A DNA stretch of 63,743 nucleotides, the filler included, from Circinaria calcarea (Eukaryota), in NCBI GenBank assembly GCA_051942165.1. It is 15 parts of 15 records of this genome, joined end to end, with 100 filler letters (N's around TTAATTAATTAA, not from the genome) between each part and the next. Parts side by side here need not be neighbours in the genome. Positions count along the whole stretch, not along the records: positions 59,600 to 63,743 come from JAVECS010002444.1; 14 more parts are not named here. One strand, 5' to 3'. The notes beneath the pieces are model-generated. The model had not been told where the DNA came from and ran no database searches. It saw only the letters and a list, made by a program, of their open reading frames with translations. The position numbers and the translations under genes are program-made. Shown here piece by piece: positions 62,992-63,743 of this stretch; within the stretch, counting starts at the first letter, position 1, and every line of letters begins with the position of its first letter.

Positions 62992-63743
62992 TATGAGGAT
63001 CAGGGGTGAGAAGATAGCTCTTGCGACTCAACGCTGCATAGAAGAAGTTCCGGGGTGGAAGGAGATGACCAGACTTGCACACCTATTCTATACGCGAATG
63101 TGAGCTTGTTGTGTCCTCGCTACCTGTGATTTCCCCAGTGAAGCTAGAACCATGGATGTATGGAGGAAGGTCCGTATCGAGCGCTTTAGCGATGTGCAGA
63201 TTGATGGAAGAGGGTGGCGCAATCCAAGGAAATGTGTCCAGTCCTCACTCATCCAGAGTCTTTCTCGTCCACTTTGCAATTCATTTTCTGCGGTTAGGCA
63301 ATACACAACTGCGTTAAAGCGAGGAAAACAAATCTTTATCACAAAATTGCCCCAAGGTTCCTGATTCAGGGATGATTGAATGAGTATCTATCCGCGTCCA
63401 CTTATCTCTAAAAGGAGCGCCTGCAAGCACAAGAATCCTTTGTCCCCACTCACTCCATACCGAAGAGGTGCCTCTTAGCCGGCCTGCATCCCTTTTTCCC
63501 CAATTCATTTCTTATACTTTCTTCAAGCTTTCCCCTTTTCCCCACAGCTCCGGTCCCATCCTGGCTTTAACGACTCTTCCGGAGACCTCTACTTTTAGAC
63601 ACGAAGGTATCAGTAGCCTACATGGCTTCAACTCCCACAACCCAAGCTCCGTCCACGCCAGCCCCTTCCGTCATCTCAACCGCGCATCCAATACCTTACC
63701 CTTGGCCATCTCCCTCCGAAAACCCCCTCCATCCCACCCCAAC

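Noticed and set aside
1..63743. Gene cluster or pathway spanning the window (for example GST, SDR, GNAT, desaturase and transporter)
   Set aside because: These genes lie on different contigs ordered only by length, so adjacency across spacers is meaningless.

Overview
This window is not one locus. It is 15 unrelated contigs of 4167 to 4144 bp, sorted by decreasing length and joined by 14 identical artificial 100-nt spacers (N44-TTAATTAATTAA-N44), so no gene-neighbourhood argument can cross a spacer. The DNA is from a filamentous ascomycete (Pezizomycotina): short GT-AG introns with CTRAC/CTAAT-type branch points. A small secreted protein of a type I associate with lichen-forming fungi tentatively suggests a Lecanoromycete. 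Recognisable genes, many cut at contig ends: Gtt1-like GST, a 4-exon complex I NDUFB4/B15-like subunit missed by the ORF track, SAP18, PRP18, a DUF3632-like gene with one in-frame TAG, annexin, an SDR, a GNAT, a TRP/FLC-like membrane protein, a DUF4211-like protein, two divergent paralogues of the His-rich fungal 'allergen' family, a Nudix hydrolase, UBC1, a desaturase-domain protein, GPD1, an EamA/SLC35F transporter, a DUF2235-like protein, BUD3, DCC1, a CCCH zinc-finger protein, a short RfeG-like protein, an LRR-like protein, a DHX30/DHX36-like DEAH helicase, an HSM3-like protein and RPC31. Decayed genes (histidine acid phosphatase, ankyrin protein, F-box-like) and two MITE-like insertions are also visible. 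I found no convincing new multi-gene system. The best leads are the single in-frame UAG in an otherwise intact gene, the MITEs stacked inside the ankyrin pseudogene, the head-to-head paralogue pair, two GC-AG introns and a possible cryptic peroxisomal signal after the GPD1 stop. Family names come from my recognition of sequence motifs, not from database searches.
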